DNA of 64,000 nucleotides from Gemmatimonadota bacterium (lineage in GTDB: Bacteria; Gemmatimonadota; Gemmatimonadetes; Palauibacterales; Palauibacteraceae), in assembly GCA_965207805.1 (NCBI GenBank), contig OZ242312.1, positions 2,233,204 through 2,297,203 of the forward strand, in the 5' to 3' direction. Positions 17,385 to 27,520 of the stretch are shown here, in pieces. The first letter of the stretch is position 1. Every line of letters starts with the position of its first letter. Position numbers and translations under genes: made by a program. Under the pieces are notes generated by a model. That model searched no databases, was not told the DNA's origin, and worked only from the letters and a program-made list of their open reading frames with translations.

Positions 17385-18557
17385 GTGTCCGCTACGCAGT
17401 TTTCTCCGAACGTCGCCCGGCTCAAGGCATCGGCCACGCTGGTGCTGGCCGCCCGCGCCCGGAAGCTGAGGGCGGCGGGAGTTCCGGTCGTGGACCTCTC
17501 GGCCGGCGAGCCGCAGTACCCCGCCCCGCCCTTCGCGGCCCGCGCCGGCATTCGGGCGGTGGAGGAGGGGAAGACGGGGTATCCTCCCACGTCCGGGCTG
17601 CCCGAACTGCGCGAGGCGATCGCGCGCTATCTGCGCGAGACGACGGCCGCCGAGACGGTGGATGCGGATTCCGTGATCGTGAGCGCGGGCGTGAAGCAGT
17701 CGCTGTTCAACTGCTGCTACGCCCTCTTCGGCGCCGGCGAGGAGGTGCTGGTGCCCGCGCCCTTCTGGCCGAGCTATACGACGATCGTCCGCCTCGCGGG
17801 GGCGGAGCCGGTCATCGTGGAGACGACGTGGGAGGGCGGGTTCGTGCCGACGGTCGAGGACCTCGAGGCGGCCCGCACGGCGCGGACCCGGGGACTCATG
17901 CTCAACAGCCCCGGGAACCCAACGGGTGCGGTCGTCCCGCCCGACCTTCTGCGCGACATCATGGCATGGGCGGAGCGGCACGGGATCTGGGTGCTCTCCG
18001 ACGAGATCTACCGGCGGCTCGCCTACGCGGCCTCGGCGCCGTCCGTGTTCGACATCGCGGAGCGCGGCGAGAGGACGATCCTGCTCGACGGCGTCTCAAA
18101 GGCGTTCTGCATGCCGGGGTTCCGCATCGGGTATGCCGTCGGACCGACGGACGTCGTCCGGAAGATGGCGGATCTGCAGGGACAGACGACCTCCGGGGCT
18201 GTCGGGCCCTCCCAGCACGCGGCCACGGCCGCGCTCGGCGAGAGCGCGCCTCGCGAGGCGTTCGTGGCGGACCTCCTGTCCAGGCTCTCCGAACTTCGGG
18301 AACTGGGGCTGTCGAGGTTCGCGGAGATCGATGGGATCGAGGCGTTTCAGCCCGACGGCGCCCTGTATTTCTATGGGCGGATCACCGATCGCGGCGCCAC
18401 GTCGCTCGACGTCGCCGAGCGGCTGCTCGCCGACGCGCAGGTGGCGTGCATGCCCGGGGAGCCGTTCGGTTCTCCCGGACACCTGCGCTTCAACTTCGCG
18501 GTGGAGCGGGAAGTCCTGGAAGAAGGACTGGAACGGATCGCCGGCTTCTTCGGCTGA
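17385..18557 (+). CDS. PLP-dependent aminotransferase, class I (aspartate aminotransferase-like)
   Basis: Region ...VVDLSAGEPQYPAPP...NSPGNPTGAV...LDGVSKAFCMPGFRIGYAV (SKAF Lys motif). GTG start inferred from the conserved N-terminus SPNVARLKASATLVL. Confidence 0.8.
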   Translation: MSATQFSPNVARLKASATLVLAARARKLRAAGVPVVDLSAGEPQYPAPPFAARAGIRAVEEGKTGYPPTSGLPELREAIARYLRETTAAETVDADSVIVSAGVKQSLFNCCYALFGAGEEVLVPAPFWPSYTTIVRLAGAEPVIVETTWEGGFVPTVEDLEAARTARTRGLMLNSPGNPTGAVVPPDLLRDIMAWAERHGIWVLSDEIYRRLAYAASAPSVFDIAERGERTILLDGVSKAFCMPGFRIGYAVGPTDVVRKMADLQGQTTSGAVGPSQHAATAALGESAPREAFVADLLSRLSELRELGLSRFAEIDGIEAFQPDGALYFYGRITDRGATSLDVAERLLADAQVACMPGEPFGSPGHLRFNFAVEREVLEEGLERIAGFFG

Positions 18558-18598
18558 GAACCGCCGGATGCGGCCCGGTCAGCTCCGGTGCGGCGCCG

Positions 18599-18898
18599 TC
18601 AGCCCCGGTTCTCGAGGCTCGCAGCCACCTCGTCGCGCAGCAGACGGGAGGGCTTGAAGACGGGCACCTTCCTCTGCGGCACGCGGACCGGATCTCCCGT
18701 GCGCGGATTGCGCGCCATGCGGGTCCGGCGCTCCCGAACCTTGAACGTGCCGAAGCCGCGAATCTCGATGTGGTTGCCTTGCACGACGGCTCCCTTGACC
18801 GCGTTCAGAAACGCGTTGACCACCGCGGCACAGTCCCTCTTGGTCACGCCGGGGCCGATGGCCTCGTGGACCTGTTCGATGAGATCCGCCTTCGTCAT
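18599..18898 (-). CDS. HU/IHF-family nucleoid-associated DNA-binding protein
   Basis: MTKADLIEQV...GFGTFKVRERRTRMARNPRTGDPVRVP. Strong SD GGAGGGGAGGGAGA. Confidence 0.85.
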   Translation of the reverse strand: MTKADLIEQVHEAIGPGVTKRDCAAVVNAFLNAVKGAVVQGNHIEIRGFGTFKVRERRTRMARNPRTGDPVRVPQRKVPVFKPSRLLRDEVAASLENRG

Positions 18899-18961
18899 TC
18901 TCCCTCCCCTCCGAGCGTTTGCAATCCTGTGTATTGGCGTTCCGCTCCGGGACGGGAGCGG

Positions 18962-19861
18962 CTATCTCAGCTCAAACAGGAGTCTCGGCCCGCTGGGACG
19001 CAGGGGCGCCAGCGACCCGAGCCATGCCCGCGCATCGCCGATGCTCAGCCCGCCGAGCAGGTCGAACAGAGTGACCCTCGGTTCGCGCGGCCGCACAGTC
19101 CGTGGGTCCGTTCCCAGGCCCGCCATCCGACCGGCGAGCGCGATGGTCTCCGGCAGGGTCATCAGGCCGTCGACGAGTCCGAGTTCATTTGCTTGCCGGC
19201 CCGAGAAGATCCGGCCGTCCGCCAGCCCGAGCACGGTCTCCCGATCCAGGTTCCGGTTCTCGGACACCACCTCGACGAACTGCTCGTGCACGTCGCCCAC
19301 GACTTCCTCAAGGATCTCGCGGTCCTCGGGAGAAAGGGCGCGGGCGTAGCCGCCCAGGTCCTTGTGCTCGCCGCTCGCCACGACTTCCCAGCCGACGCCG
19401 ACCTTCCGAAAAAATTCCTCGGCGTTGGGGAATTCCATGATGACGCCGATGGACCCGGTCATCGTGCCGGGCAGCGCGTACACGCTGTCGGCCCCGACCG
19501 CGGCGTAATATCCCCCGGAGGCTCCCACATCGCCCATCCACGCGAGGACGGGCCGGTCGTCGTCGTCCCGCAGATCGCGGATGGCTTCGAAGATGCTCTG
19601 CGAGGCCCCCACGGTCCCTCCCGGGGACTCGATCTCGATCACGAACGCGCGCACGCCGGGGTCTTCCCTGAAACCGTCGAGCGCCTTCGTGAACGCAGCT
19701 TCGTCCGTGATCACGCCCCGCAGCGGGACGACCGCGACTCGTCCTCCCGCGAGAAACGACGTATTCCCCACCGTCCACCAGATGGACAGGACCGCGCCCA
19801 CGCCGAAGAGGCCGAGCAGCGCCAGGAGCGCGATCACCGTGTTTCGCTTGTCGTAGGTCAC
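18962..19861 (-). CDS. sppA: signal peptide peptidase SppA (36K type)
   Basis: N-terminal TM segment, region ...VIEIESPGGTVGASQ...GDVGASGGYYAA..., and Ser-Lys dyad context. Confidence 0.85.
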   Translation of the reverse strand: MTYDKRNTVIALLALLGLFGVGAVLSIWWTVGNTSFLAGGRVAVVPLRGVITDEAAFTKALDGFREDPGVRAFVIEIESPGGTVGASQSIFEAIRDLRDDDDRPVLAWMGDVGASGGYYAAVGADSVYALPGTMTGSIGVIMEFPNAEEFFRKVGVGWEVVASGEHKDLGGYARALSPEDREILEEVVGDVHEQFVEVVSENRNLDRETVLGLADGRIFSGRQANELGLVDGLMTLPETIALAGRMAGLGTDPRTVRPREPRVTLFDLLGGLSIGDARAWLGSLAPLRPSGPRLLFELR

Positions 19862-19934
19862 GTCGCGCGGCGGTCCGTGTGTGAGGGTCCGTTGGCGAAG
19901 GCCCGCCGCAACCTAGACCACACAACGCGAACGT

Positions 19935-21050
19935 TCAACGCTCCATTTTCTCGACGAAGCGGTTGAACAGGTACCGGCTGTCGTGGGGTCCCGGCGCCGA
20001 CTCGGGGTGGTACTGCACCGCGAACACCGGGCGCTCCCGGTGGACGAGCCCTTCCACGGTGCCATCGTTCAGATTTCGGTGCGTGATCTCGAGGTCGTCT
20101 CCGCCCTCGATCCGCCCATCTTTTTCGAGCACGGAGAAGCCGTGGTTCTGGGAGGTGATCTCCACGGCGCCCGTGGCATGGTTGAGCACGGGGTGATTCC
20201 CGCCCCGGTGCCCGTAGGGCAGCTTGTAGTTCGTGCCCCCGAATGCGCGCGCGATGAGCTGATGTCCGAGGCAGATCCCGAACAGGGGGACTCCCGCGTC
20301 GCTAAGGGTGCGGATGCGCTCGACGGCGCCCGGCACCGCCTCCGGATCGCCGGGCCCGTTCGAGACAAAGACGCCGTCCGGGCGGGCGGCCAGCAGCACC
20401 TCGGCGTCGGTGTCGCAGGGGACGACGCGCACCCGGTATCCTTCGCGGCGGAAGAGGTCGAGGCTACGCGTCTTCACCCCGTAGTCGAGGCAGAGCACGA
20501 GGCCGCGCTCGGCCGACCCGTTGAGGGCGTCGAGTTCGTACGGCTCGGGCGTCGAGACGGCGGTCGCGAGGTCGCGGCCGGACATCTCCGGCTCGGCGGC
20601 CAGGCGCTCCGCGGCGCGCTCCGGCGGCACCCCGTCGTGCGCCACGACCGCCCGCATGGCGCCCGCGTCGCGGATGTGACGCGTCAGTGCCCGCGTGTCC
20701 GCGCCGACGAGGGTCGGAATCCCGTGCGAAGCGAGGTACTCGGGCAGCGTCGAATCGGCCGGCCCGGACCCGATCTCGTGCGAAAGGTGCCTCACGACGA
20801 AGCCCGCGACCCAGGGCCGCCGCGATTGCACGTCGGGATCGCGGATGCCGTACACCCCCTGCATGGGCGCGGTCATGACGACGATCTGCGCGGCGAAGGA
20901 AGGGTCCGTGAGCACCTCGTGGTATCCCGTCATCACCGTCGTGAAGACGGCTTCGCCGGCGGTCTCGGTCTCCGGGCCCACGTAGTCGCCGACGAATCGG
21001 CGGCCGTCCTCGAGCAGGAGGTATCCTGGGCGTGCTTGCGTCTCGCTCAC
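19935..21050 (-). CDS. carA: carbamoyl-phosphate synthase small (glutamine amidotransferase) subunit
   Basis: Motifs ...LLLEDGRRFVG...GICLGHQL...HGFSV...YHPE. GTG start chosen to match the canonical N-terminus. An in-frame ATG at 21095 is the alternative. Confidence 0.85.
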   Translation of the reverse strand: MSETQARPGYLLLEDGRRFVGDYVGPETETAGEAVFTTVMTGYHEVLTDPSFAAQIVVMTAPMQGVYGIRDPDVQSRRPWVAGFVVRHLSHEIGSGPADSTLPEYLASHGIPTLVGADTRALTRHIRDAGAMRAVVAHDGVPPERAAERLAAEPEMSGRDLATAVSTPEPYELDALNGSAERGLVLCLDYGVKTRSLDLFRREGYRVRVVPCDTDAEVLLAARPDGVFVSNGPGDPEAVPGAVERIRTLSDAGVPLFGICLGHQLIARAFGGTNYKLPYGHRGGNHPVLNHATGAVEITSQNHGFSVLEKDGRIEGGDDLEITHRNLNDGTVEGLVHRERPVFAVQYHPESAPGPHDSRYLFNRFVEKMER

Positions 21051-21142
21051 GTGGCGCGTCCAATGTGGCGGTTGAAGGTGCGGGGACCCGGGCATCGGCT
21101 CGCGGCTCGCGTGCCACGCGAACCCAAGCTGCGGGAGGCGCG

Positions 21143-21772
21143 TTGACGACCGACTCCGGACCCGGGCGGGAGAGCGGGACCGATGCTCCGCTCGTTCATA
21201 TCTTCGCCGACGAGTCCTGCCTCGGCAACCAGTTCGAGAATCGCAGGAATCCGGGGGCGGCGGCCGGTCTCATCGAACGGTTCGACGAGCGCGGCGGCTG
21301 GTATCGGCGGGACTTCGCCCACTTCGATCCGGACACGACGAACAACCGGATGGCGATCGTGTCCGGCATCGTCGGGCTGGGCTCCCTGCGGCGGGTGTGC
21401 CGCGTCGTCTTCACGAGCGACAGCCAGTATCTCGTCCGCGGCATGAAGGAATGGGTGCACGGCTGGGCCCGCCGCGGATGGCGCCGGAAGGGCGGACCGA
21501 TCGAGAACCTCGACCTTTGGCGGGAACTCGTGCGGGCCGCCGCACGCCACCGCGTGGAGTGGCGCTGGACTCGGGGACACGCCGACGACGTGAAGAACGC
21601 CTACGCGGATCACCTTGCCGTGACGGCGGCGCGGGAGCGGCGGGGCACGGACGGACTCGTCCCGTCCGGGTTCGAGACCTGGCTGGCGGAGGCGCAGGAG
21701 CGGGAGCGGTTCGTCGAGTTCCTGGATCTGCCGAGCGACGCGTTCGCCGAGGACCCCCGCCCCCCCGGCTAG
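21143..21772 (+). CDS. rnhA: ribonuclease HI
   Basis: Motifs HIFADESCLGN...FTSDSQYLVRGMKEWVHGW...ENLDLW...TRGHADDVKNAYADHLA. Start uncertain: TTG at 21143 or ATG at 21032. It is divergent from carA. Confidence 0.75.
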   Translation: MTTDSGPGRESGTDAPLVHIFADESCLGNQFENRRNPGAAAGLIERFDERGGWYRRDFAHFDPDTTNNRMAIVSGIVGLGSLRRVCRVVFTSDSQYLVRGMKEWVHGWARRGWRRKGGPIENLDLWRELVRAAARHRVEWRWTRGHADDVKNAYADHLAVTAARERRGTDGLVPSGFETWLAEAQERERFVEFLDLPSDAFAEDPRPPG

Positions 21773-22209
21773 GAGCCGGGGTTCCCCTCCTCGCCTTCCG
21801 TTCCATCGGGATCCGTGGCGCCCTCCTCCGAGCCGGGCGTGGCGGCTTCGTCGGACGGCGCCGCGCCCTCTCCGAGGTCGGGCGAAACGTCCAGAAGCGA
21901 AGGCGGCGCTTCCGGGAGACTCTGCTGGCCGGGAAGTCCCTGACGCAGGATCGATTCCGGCGCCGCATCCGGACGGGCGGAGAGCACGGTCAGCACGAGC
22001 GCGAGGAAGAGGAAACTCCCCCCGCCGTACCAACTCATCTTCGTCAGCGCGTTGGCCGCCTGGCGACCTCCCATGAAGGAGTCCGTGGAGGACGAGGCTC
22101 CGCCAAAGGAGGCGGCAAGCCCGCCGCCCTTCGCGGACTGGAGGAGGATCATCACGCACAGCACGAGCGCGATGAGCGAAATCAATACGATCAGGAACGG
22201 GAACATCAT
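21769..22209 (-). CDS. secG: preprotein translocase subunit SecG
   Basis: Two TM helices (MMFPFLIVLISLIALVLCVMILLQSAKGGGLAASFGG...) and a disordered acidic C-terminus. Confidence 0.8.
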   Translation of the reverse strand: MMFPFLIVLISLIALVLCVMILLQSAKGGGLAASFGGASSSTDSFMGGRQAANALTKMSWYGGGSFLFLALVLTVLSARPDAAPESILRQGLPGQQSLPEAPPSLLDVSPDLGEGAAPSDEAATPGSEEGATDPDGTEGEEGNPGS

Positions 22210-22310
22210 CTACCTGCCATGGTTGGATCAGCCGTTTAAGCTAGGGCGGACCGGGGCACGGGGCCAGTTTTCCGCGCGGGCGGCGCCGACGACACCGGCC
22301 GAGGTCCGGC

Positions 22311-23075
22311 TTACCGGCCCGCCGCGCAGATCGCGGCCCAGCTGTCGGGACCGAGGCTCGCGCCGCCCACGAGCACGCCGTCCACGCCGGGGGCGGCAAG
22401 TAGCACATCGATGTTGGCCGGCTTGACGCTCCCGCCGTAGAGGATCACCGCGCGTTCCGCATCGCATCCTTCCGTCTGCGCGAGCCGCTCGCGGACGATC
22501 GCGTGGGCCTCCGCGGCGTCAGCGGGGCTCGCCGTGCGGCCGGTTCCGATCGCCCACACGGGCTCGTAGGCGTAGACGAGGCGGGCGCGGCCTTCGCGGT
22601 CGAGCGGGTGGAGGGCTTCCCGAATCTGCGTCTCGAGCACCGTCGCGAGCCGCCCCGCCTCTCGCTCCTCCAGCGTCTCGCCCACACACAGGACGGGCCG
22701 GAGTCCGGCCTCGAGAATGCGAACCAGTTTGCGTCCGACCTCCGCATCGGTATCGCCGAACTCCCGGCGGCGCTCCGAGTGGCCCGCCAGCGCCCAGGTG
22801 GCGCCGGTCGCAGGGACCATGGCGGCTGAAATGGCGCTCGTGTGCGCGCCCTCGACCTCGGTGTGCACGTCCTGCACGCCGAACTCGAGGTCCGGACGCC
22901 CGGAAACCGCGGCGGCGAAGGCCGCCAGGCTGATGGCGGGAGGGAACACGACCACGGTCGCGTCGCTGCGGGGCCTGTAGCTGGCGGCGAACCGTTCCAC
23001 GAACGCCCCGGTCTCATCCGGGCCGTGGCACATCTTCCAGTTCGCGGCGAACACGGGGGTGCGCGGCTGGCTCAC
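22311..23075 (-). CDS. tpiA: triosephosphate isomerase
   Basis: Motifs AANWKM...GHSERR...YEPVWAIGTG...GGSV. The GTG start overlaps the pgk stop and is preceded by an AAAGGAGG SD. Confidence 0.9.
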   Translation of the reverse strand: MSQPRTPVFAANWKMCHGPDETGAFVERFAASYRPRSDATVVVFPPAISLAAFAAAVSGRPDLEFGVQDVHTEVEGAHTSAISAAMVPATGATWALAGHSERRREFGDTDAEVGRKLVRILEAGLRPVLCVGETLEEREAGRLATVLETQIREALHPLDREGRARLVYAYEPVWAIGTGRTASPADAAEAHAIVRERLAQTEGCDAERAVILYGGSVKPANIDVLLAAPGVDGVLVGGASLGPDSWAAICAAGR

Positions 23076-24268
23076 GGACGCCTCCTTTCGGCGAGGACGT
23101 CGAGTCCGGGCAGACACCCGCTCGACAGGTACTCGAGGGCCGCGCCGCCGCCGGTGCAGACATGCGACACGCGGTCGAAAAGCCCGGCCCGGCGCACGGC
23201 GGCCGCGGAGTCGCCGCCGCCGATGACGGTGAACCCACCCGCCGCCGTGGCCTCCGCGGCGGCTTCCGCGATGGCGAACGTGCCCGCCTCGAACCTCGGG
23301 TCCTCGAACAGGCCCATGGGACCGTTCCAGAAGAAGGCGGCGCACCCGCGCAGCGCCTCGGCGTAGCGGACGCGAGACCCGGGCCCGATGTCGAGGGCCG
23401 CCATCTCCGGCCTGATCGCATCGACCCCGACGCAATGGACCCTCTCTCCCTCCTCACCCGACCGGTCCAGGACCATCACGTCCGTCGGCAACCGAAGCCG
23501 TTCCCCTCCCGCGGACAGGATGGACCGGGCGAGATCCAGCGCCGCCTCCTCGACGAGCGAGGTCCCTGTCTCGATGCCCTGTGCGCGGAGGAACGTGTTC
23601 GCCATGGCGCCACCCACCAGGATCAGATCGGCGCGTTCCGCGAAGCGGCGCATGAGTTCGATCTTGTCACCGATCTTGGCTCCCCCGAAGGCGACGACGA
23701 ACGGACGACCCGGGCGGTCCAGCGCGCCCAGCGCCTCCAGTTCGCGCTCGACGAGCAGCCCCGCCGCGGAAGGGCTCAGGAGGGCCGGCACGCCCGTCGT
23801 CGAGGCGTGCGCGCGGTGCAGCGTGCCGAACGCGTCGTTGACGAAAAAGTCGCCCAGCCGGGCAAGGCGACCGACGAGGACGTCGTCGTTCGCCGTCTCG
23901 CCGGGGAGGAAACGCGTGTTCTCCACAAGGAGCACCTGCCCGGTCTCCAGTTCGCGGCTCGCGCGGAGCGCATCTTCTCCGTCGCACGGCGCGGAAAAGA
24001 GGACGTCGGTCACGAGCATGTCGGCGAGCGCGGAGGCTACGGGCGCAAGCGACAGCGCGGGATCCGGCCGGCCGCCCGGCCGGCCCAGGTGCGAGAGCAG
24101 CACGGGCCGGGCGTCACGCCGCAGCAACCACCGCAGCGTCGGCAGCGATGCCTCGATGCGCGTCGCATCCGCGACCCGCCCGGCGTCGAGCGGCACGTTG
24201 TAGTCCACCCGCACGAGTCCCCGCTTCCCGGCCAGATCGGCCGGGAGGTCGCCCAAAGTTCGGGTCAC
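23072..24268 (-). CDS. pgk: phosphoglycerate kinase
   Basis: Motifs RVDYNVP...LLSHLGRP...FGTLHRAHAS...GGGDS typical of Pgk. Confidence 0.9.
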   Translation of the reverse strand: MTRTLGDLPADLAGKRGLVRVDYNVPLDAGRVADATRIEASLPTLRWLLRRDARPVLLSHLGRPGGRPDPALSLAPVASALADMLVTDVLFSAPCDGEDALRASRELETGQVLLVENTRFLPGETANDDVLVGRLARLGDFFVNDAFGTLHRAHASTTGVPALLSPSAAGLLVERELEALGALDRPGRPFVVAFGGAKIGDKIELMRRFAERADLILVGGAMANTFLRAQGIETGTSLVEEAALDLARSILSAGGERLRLPTDVMVLDRSGEEGERVHCVGVDAIRPEMAALDIGPGSRVRYAEALRGCAAFFWNGPMGLFEDPRFEAGTFAIAEAAAEATAAGGFTVIGGGDSAAAVRRAGLFDRVSHVCTGGGAALEYLSSGCLPGLDVLAERRRP

Positions 24269-24289
24269 AACGGGACGGGTCGGGGCCGC

Positions 24290-25318
24290 TCAGGCGCCGA
24301 CGGCGGCGGGCAAACGCTCTCCGACGAAACTCGCCAGGTCCACGAGACGGTTCGAATACCCCCACTCGTTGTCGTACCACGAGATGACCTTTACGAGCGT
24401 GCCGTCCATGACGGAGGTCGACTTTGCGTCGACGATCGCGCTGGCCGGGTGTCCCGTGAAGTCGACGGACACGAGCGGTTCTTCGGTGTATTCGAGCACG
24501 CCGTCGAGCGGCCCTTCCGCCGCCTCCCGAAACGCGGCGTTGATCTCGTCCGCCGAAGTGTCCCGCGACACGGTGGCCACGAGGTCCACGATCGATACGT
24601 CCGGCGTCGGGACGCGCATCGCCATCCCGTCGAGCTTCCCCCTGACCTGCGGGAGAACGAGGCCCACGGCCTTCGCCGCGCCCGTGGTCGTGGGGATGAT
24701 CGAGAGCGCGGCGGCCCGGGCGCGCCGGAGGTCCTTGTGCGGGAGGTCGAGGAGCTGCTGGCCGTTCGTGTACGCGTGGACCGTCGTCATGAGGCCGCGC
24801 TCGAAACCGAACCGGTCGAGCAGAACCTTCACGACCGGAGCGATGCAGTTGGTCGTGCAGCTCGCGTTCGAGATCACGTCGTGCTGAGCCGGATCGTATT
24901 CGTCCGCGTTCACGCCGAGGACCAGCGTGATGTCCGGCTCGATGCCGGGCGCGGAGATGAGGACCTTCTTCGCGCCGGCCCGCAGATGCCGGGTCGCATC
25001 CTCCCGCTTTCGGAAGATCCCCGTGGATTCGATCACGATGTCCACGTCGAGTTCCGCCCACGGGAGGTCGGCCGGATCTCGCTCGGAGAAGACGCGCACG
25101 CGTTCCTCTCCCAGCACGAGTTCTCCGCCGTCCACGCGGACGTCGCCGGGAAAGCGCCCGTGCACGGAGTCGTACTTGAACAGATGGGCGAGCGTCGCCG
25201 CATCCGTGAGATCGTTTATCGCAACGAAATCAAGGTCCCCGCGCGGATTCTGAAGCGCCGCACGGAGGATATTCCGGCCGATGCGGCCGAAACCGTTGAT
25301 GGCAACCCTCACACTCAT
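24290..25318 (-). CDS. gap: glyceraldehyde-3-phosphate dehydrogenase
   Basis: [21 protein letters not shown] active-site Cys, and WYDNEWGYS. Confidence 0.9.
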   Translation of the reverse strand: MSVRVAINGFGRIGRNILRAALQNPRGDLDFVAINDLTDAATLAHLFKYDSVHGRFPGDVRVDGGELVLGEERVRVFSERDPADLPWAELDVDIVIESTGIFRKREDATRHLRAGAKKVLISAPGIEPDITLVLGVNADEYDPAQHDVISNASCTTNCIAPVVKVLLDRFGFERGLMTTVHAYTNGQQLLDLPHKDLRRARAAALSIIPTTTGAAKAVGLVLPQVRGKLDGMAMRVPTPDVSIVDLVATVSRDTSADEINAAFREAAEGPLDGVLEYTEEPLVSVDFTGHPASAIVDAKSTSVMDGTLVKVISWYDNEWGYSNRLVDLASFVGERLPAAVGA

Positions 25319-26151
25319 TCGGATTCCTCTCGGGAAGGATTAGGGGCGAAGGCCCCTGTCGGCGATTCGTCCCCGTCCAGGGGACGCAAGGTGCGCGCAA
25401 AACTAACGGTGGCCACGCTGCGGAATCCAGCCTCGGCCAGCGTCTCGGCGCAGGCGATGGCGGTGGCTCCGGTCGTGAGCACATCGTCGATGATGATGGC
25501 GCTCCGGCATACGTCCGGGGGGTCGGCACGTAACCGGAAACGACCCTGTACGTTCGTTCGGCGCCGAGCCCCGCGGAGGCCCGCCTGGCGGCCGCCGCCC
25601 GGGAGGCGGTGGAGGAACGACCCCAGCGACCCGACGCCGCGGTCGGCCAGGCCGCGGGCGAGTTCGCCGGCCTGGTTGAATCCCCGTTCCCGCAATCGGG
25701 CCGGCGTGAGCGGCACCGGGACCAGCCAGGGCGCGCCTTCGCCGATACGAGACGCGATCGCCTCGGCGCCAGGCGCCATGCGACCGGCCATCCAGGGCGC
25801 GAGGGCGCGCCAGTGGTCGTATTTCAGGGCACGTACCGTGCGGGCGGCCAGGCCCTCGAAAGCGAAGGGGGCGTCGGCCGCGACGAAGACGTCGGGCCAC
25901 TCCTCGCACGTGCCACACCGCACAAGCTCCCCGGCCGCCGCGGCAAGGTTGCCGAGCGGCTGAGCGCAACGGAAGCAGCGGGGATTCGCCAGCCGAGGAA
26001 GTCGAGACTGGCACAGAGCGCAGAGCGGCGGGCCATCGGGAGCGACGCCGCGCCGGCACCCTACACATGCCGCGGGCACGAGGGCATCGAAGGCCGTGGC
26101 TGCGGCTCTGCCCACGAGCCGCAGCCGGTCGCCGCGCGCCACGGCCCTCAC
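25315..26151 (-). CDS. comF: ComF-family protein (double zinc-ribbon plus phosphoribosyltransferase domain)
   Basis: CxxC...CxxC pairs (CVGCRRG...CALCQS; CFRCAQPL...CGTC) and PRTase motif [12 protein letters not shown]. The GTG start overlaps the aroE stop. Confidence 0.7.
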   Translation of the reverse strand: MRAVARGDRLRLVGRAAATAFDALVPAACVGCRRGVAPDGPPLCALCQSRLPRLANPRCFRCAQPLGNLAAAAGELVRCGTCEEWPDVFVAADAPFAFEGLAARTVRALKYDHWRALAPWMAGRMAPGAEAIASRIGEGAPWLVPVPLTPARLRERGFNQAGELARGLADRGVGSLGSFLHRLPGGGRQAGLRGARRRTNVQGRFRLRADPPDVCRSAIIIDDVLTTGATAIACAETLAEAGFRSVATVSFARTLRPLDGDESPTGAFAPNPSREESE

Positions 26152-27035
26152 ACGACGCTCGATCCGTCCTCGGAGTCCGGCCCCCGTTGCAACTCGAGTT
26201 CTGTCGCGGCCGCCTCCCGCATCGCTTCGAACGGGGCCGCGCGCCCGGGGAACCAGCGCTCGAGCGAGAGCGCCGCCTGGCCGACGAGCATGTCGAGTCC
26301 GCCCGTGGCCCGGATTCCGAGGGCGCGCGCGTGTCGGACCCACGTCGTCTCTCCGGCCGCGTACACCATGTCGAAGGCGGCGCCGAACCGACCCCCTGCG
26401 GCGCCCCGATCCAGGTCGAAGGGGAGCGGATCCCCGGAAGAAAGCCCGAGGCTCGTCGAGTTCAGCACGAGATCGTACGTCGCGCCGGAGTACGGCGCCG
26501 CGACCACGCGCACGGCGTCCGCCGCGCGGTCGGCGTCGGTCGCGTGGGCCATCGCCCCATTGCGCAGCGCGTGTGCCCGTGCCGCCGTCCGGTTGAGGAT
26601 TTCGACGGACGACACTCCGCCTTCAAGCAACGCATGGACCGCCGCTCGGGCCGCGCCCCCGGCGCCCAGGAGAAGTACGCGCGCGCCCCGCGGTTGGAAG
26701 CCGAAGCGGGAGAGGGCGCTGTGGAGCCCGCCGACATCCGTGTTGTCGCCCGCGAGCTCGCCATCCGGTCGACGCCACCAGCAGTTGCACGCCCCGGTCG
26801 CTCGGACCGCGGCGCTCGGCTCCGCGAGCGCTCGGGCCGCCCGAAGCTTGTGCGGGAGCGTCACGTTTCCGCCGGCCAGATCCGCGCTCCGCATGACCGG
26901 TCCGACCTCGTCGGGCCTGGTCCGCCGGGCGGCGTATTCCGCGTCGAGTCCGAGGACTTCGAAGGCCGCGCGGTGCATGGCGGGGGAAATCGAGTGCCGC
27001 ACGGGGTCCCCGAGCAGCGTGAAGCGGAGCGTCAC
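26148..27035 (-). CDS. aroE: shikimate dehydrogenase
   Basis: Motifs GDPVRHSISPAMH...VTLPHK...NTDVGG...LLGAGGAARA. Confidence 0.85.
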   Translation of the reverse strand: MTLRFTLLGDPVRHSISPAMHRAAFEVLGLDAEYAARRTRPDEVGPVMRSADLAGGNVTLPHKLRAARALAEPSAAVRATGACNCWWRRPDGELAGDNTDVGGLHSALSRFGFQPRGARVLLLGAGGAARAAVHALLEGGVSSVEILNRTAARAHALRNGAMAHATDADRAADAVRVVAAPYSGATYDLVLNSTSLGLSSGDPLPFDLDRGAAGGRFGAAFDMVYAAGETTWVRHARALGIRATGGLDMLVGQAALSLERWFPGRAAPFEAMREAAATELELQRGPDSEDGSSVV

Positions 27036-27520
27036 GGCCCGGACCCTTCGCGTCCTCCTCGCGGGTCGTCGCCGAGCGCGTCGAAGAGTCCCCGCATGGC
27101 CAGCGCCAGCAACTTCCGGGTCGCCTCATACGTCTCGACATCTCCGCCATACGGATCCGGGACCCCATCCTGGCTCCGCTCGTGGTGCGCGGGCAGGAAA
27201 TCCGTCATGACGTGTACGGCCGCGTCCGGAGCCAGTCGCGCGGCCGCCCGGGCATGCGACGCCTCCATGCCGACAATCAGGTCGGCCCATTCGAGCAGTT
27301 CCAGCGAAAGTTCCCGGGAGGCGTGCCCCGCGAGGTCGAGTCCGTGTGCGGCGGCGACCGCGACGCCGGGACCCGAGGCCGGCTGGCCGGGAAACGCGAA
27401 GGTGCCCGCCGACGCGCATGAGACCTCCGCCCACCCCCGCGCGTCGGCCTCGGCCCGCGCGATGACCTCGGCCAGCGGACTGCGGCAGATGTTGCCGGTG
27501 CAGACGAAGAGGAGGTTCAT
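27032..27520 (-). CDS. low-molecular-weight protein phosphatase (LMW-PTP/YwlE-like)
   Basis: P-loop CTGNICRS (FVCTGNICRSP) and a DPY motif. The ATG overlaps the tsaC stop. Confidence 0.8.
   Translation of the reverse strand: MNLLFVCTGNICRSPLAEVIARAEADARGWAEVSCASAGTFAFPGQPASGPGVAVAAAHGLDLAGHASRELSLELLEWADLIVGMEASHARAAARLAPDAAVHVMTDFLPAHHERSQDGVPDPYGGDVETYEATRKLLALAMRGLFDALGDDPRGGREGSGP

Noticed and set aside
16826-19966. 1046-aa plus-strand ORF spanning the aminotransferase, HU and sppA loci. Similar giant ORFs occur at 45151..49083 + (1310 aa), 23162..25963 + (933 aa), 4689..6557 +, 6437..8038 +, 9969..11807 +, 61513..63441 + and others.
   Set aside because: All are antisense to, or frame-shifted relative to, genes with unmistakable conserved motifs. 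Their translations are Arg/Pro/Gly/Asp-rich low-complexity strings with no motifs. This is the expected stop-codon-poor artefact of a ~70% GC genome.
22210-22310. Possible terminator or small RNA between tpiA and secG.
   Set aside because: It contains only weak short palindromes (CCGG-TAAG-CCGG) and no U-tract or strong stem. It is most likely just the secG promoter/5'-UTR.
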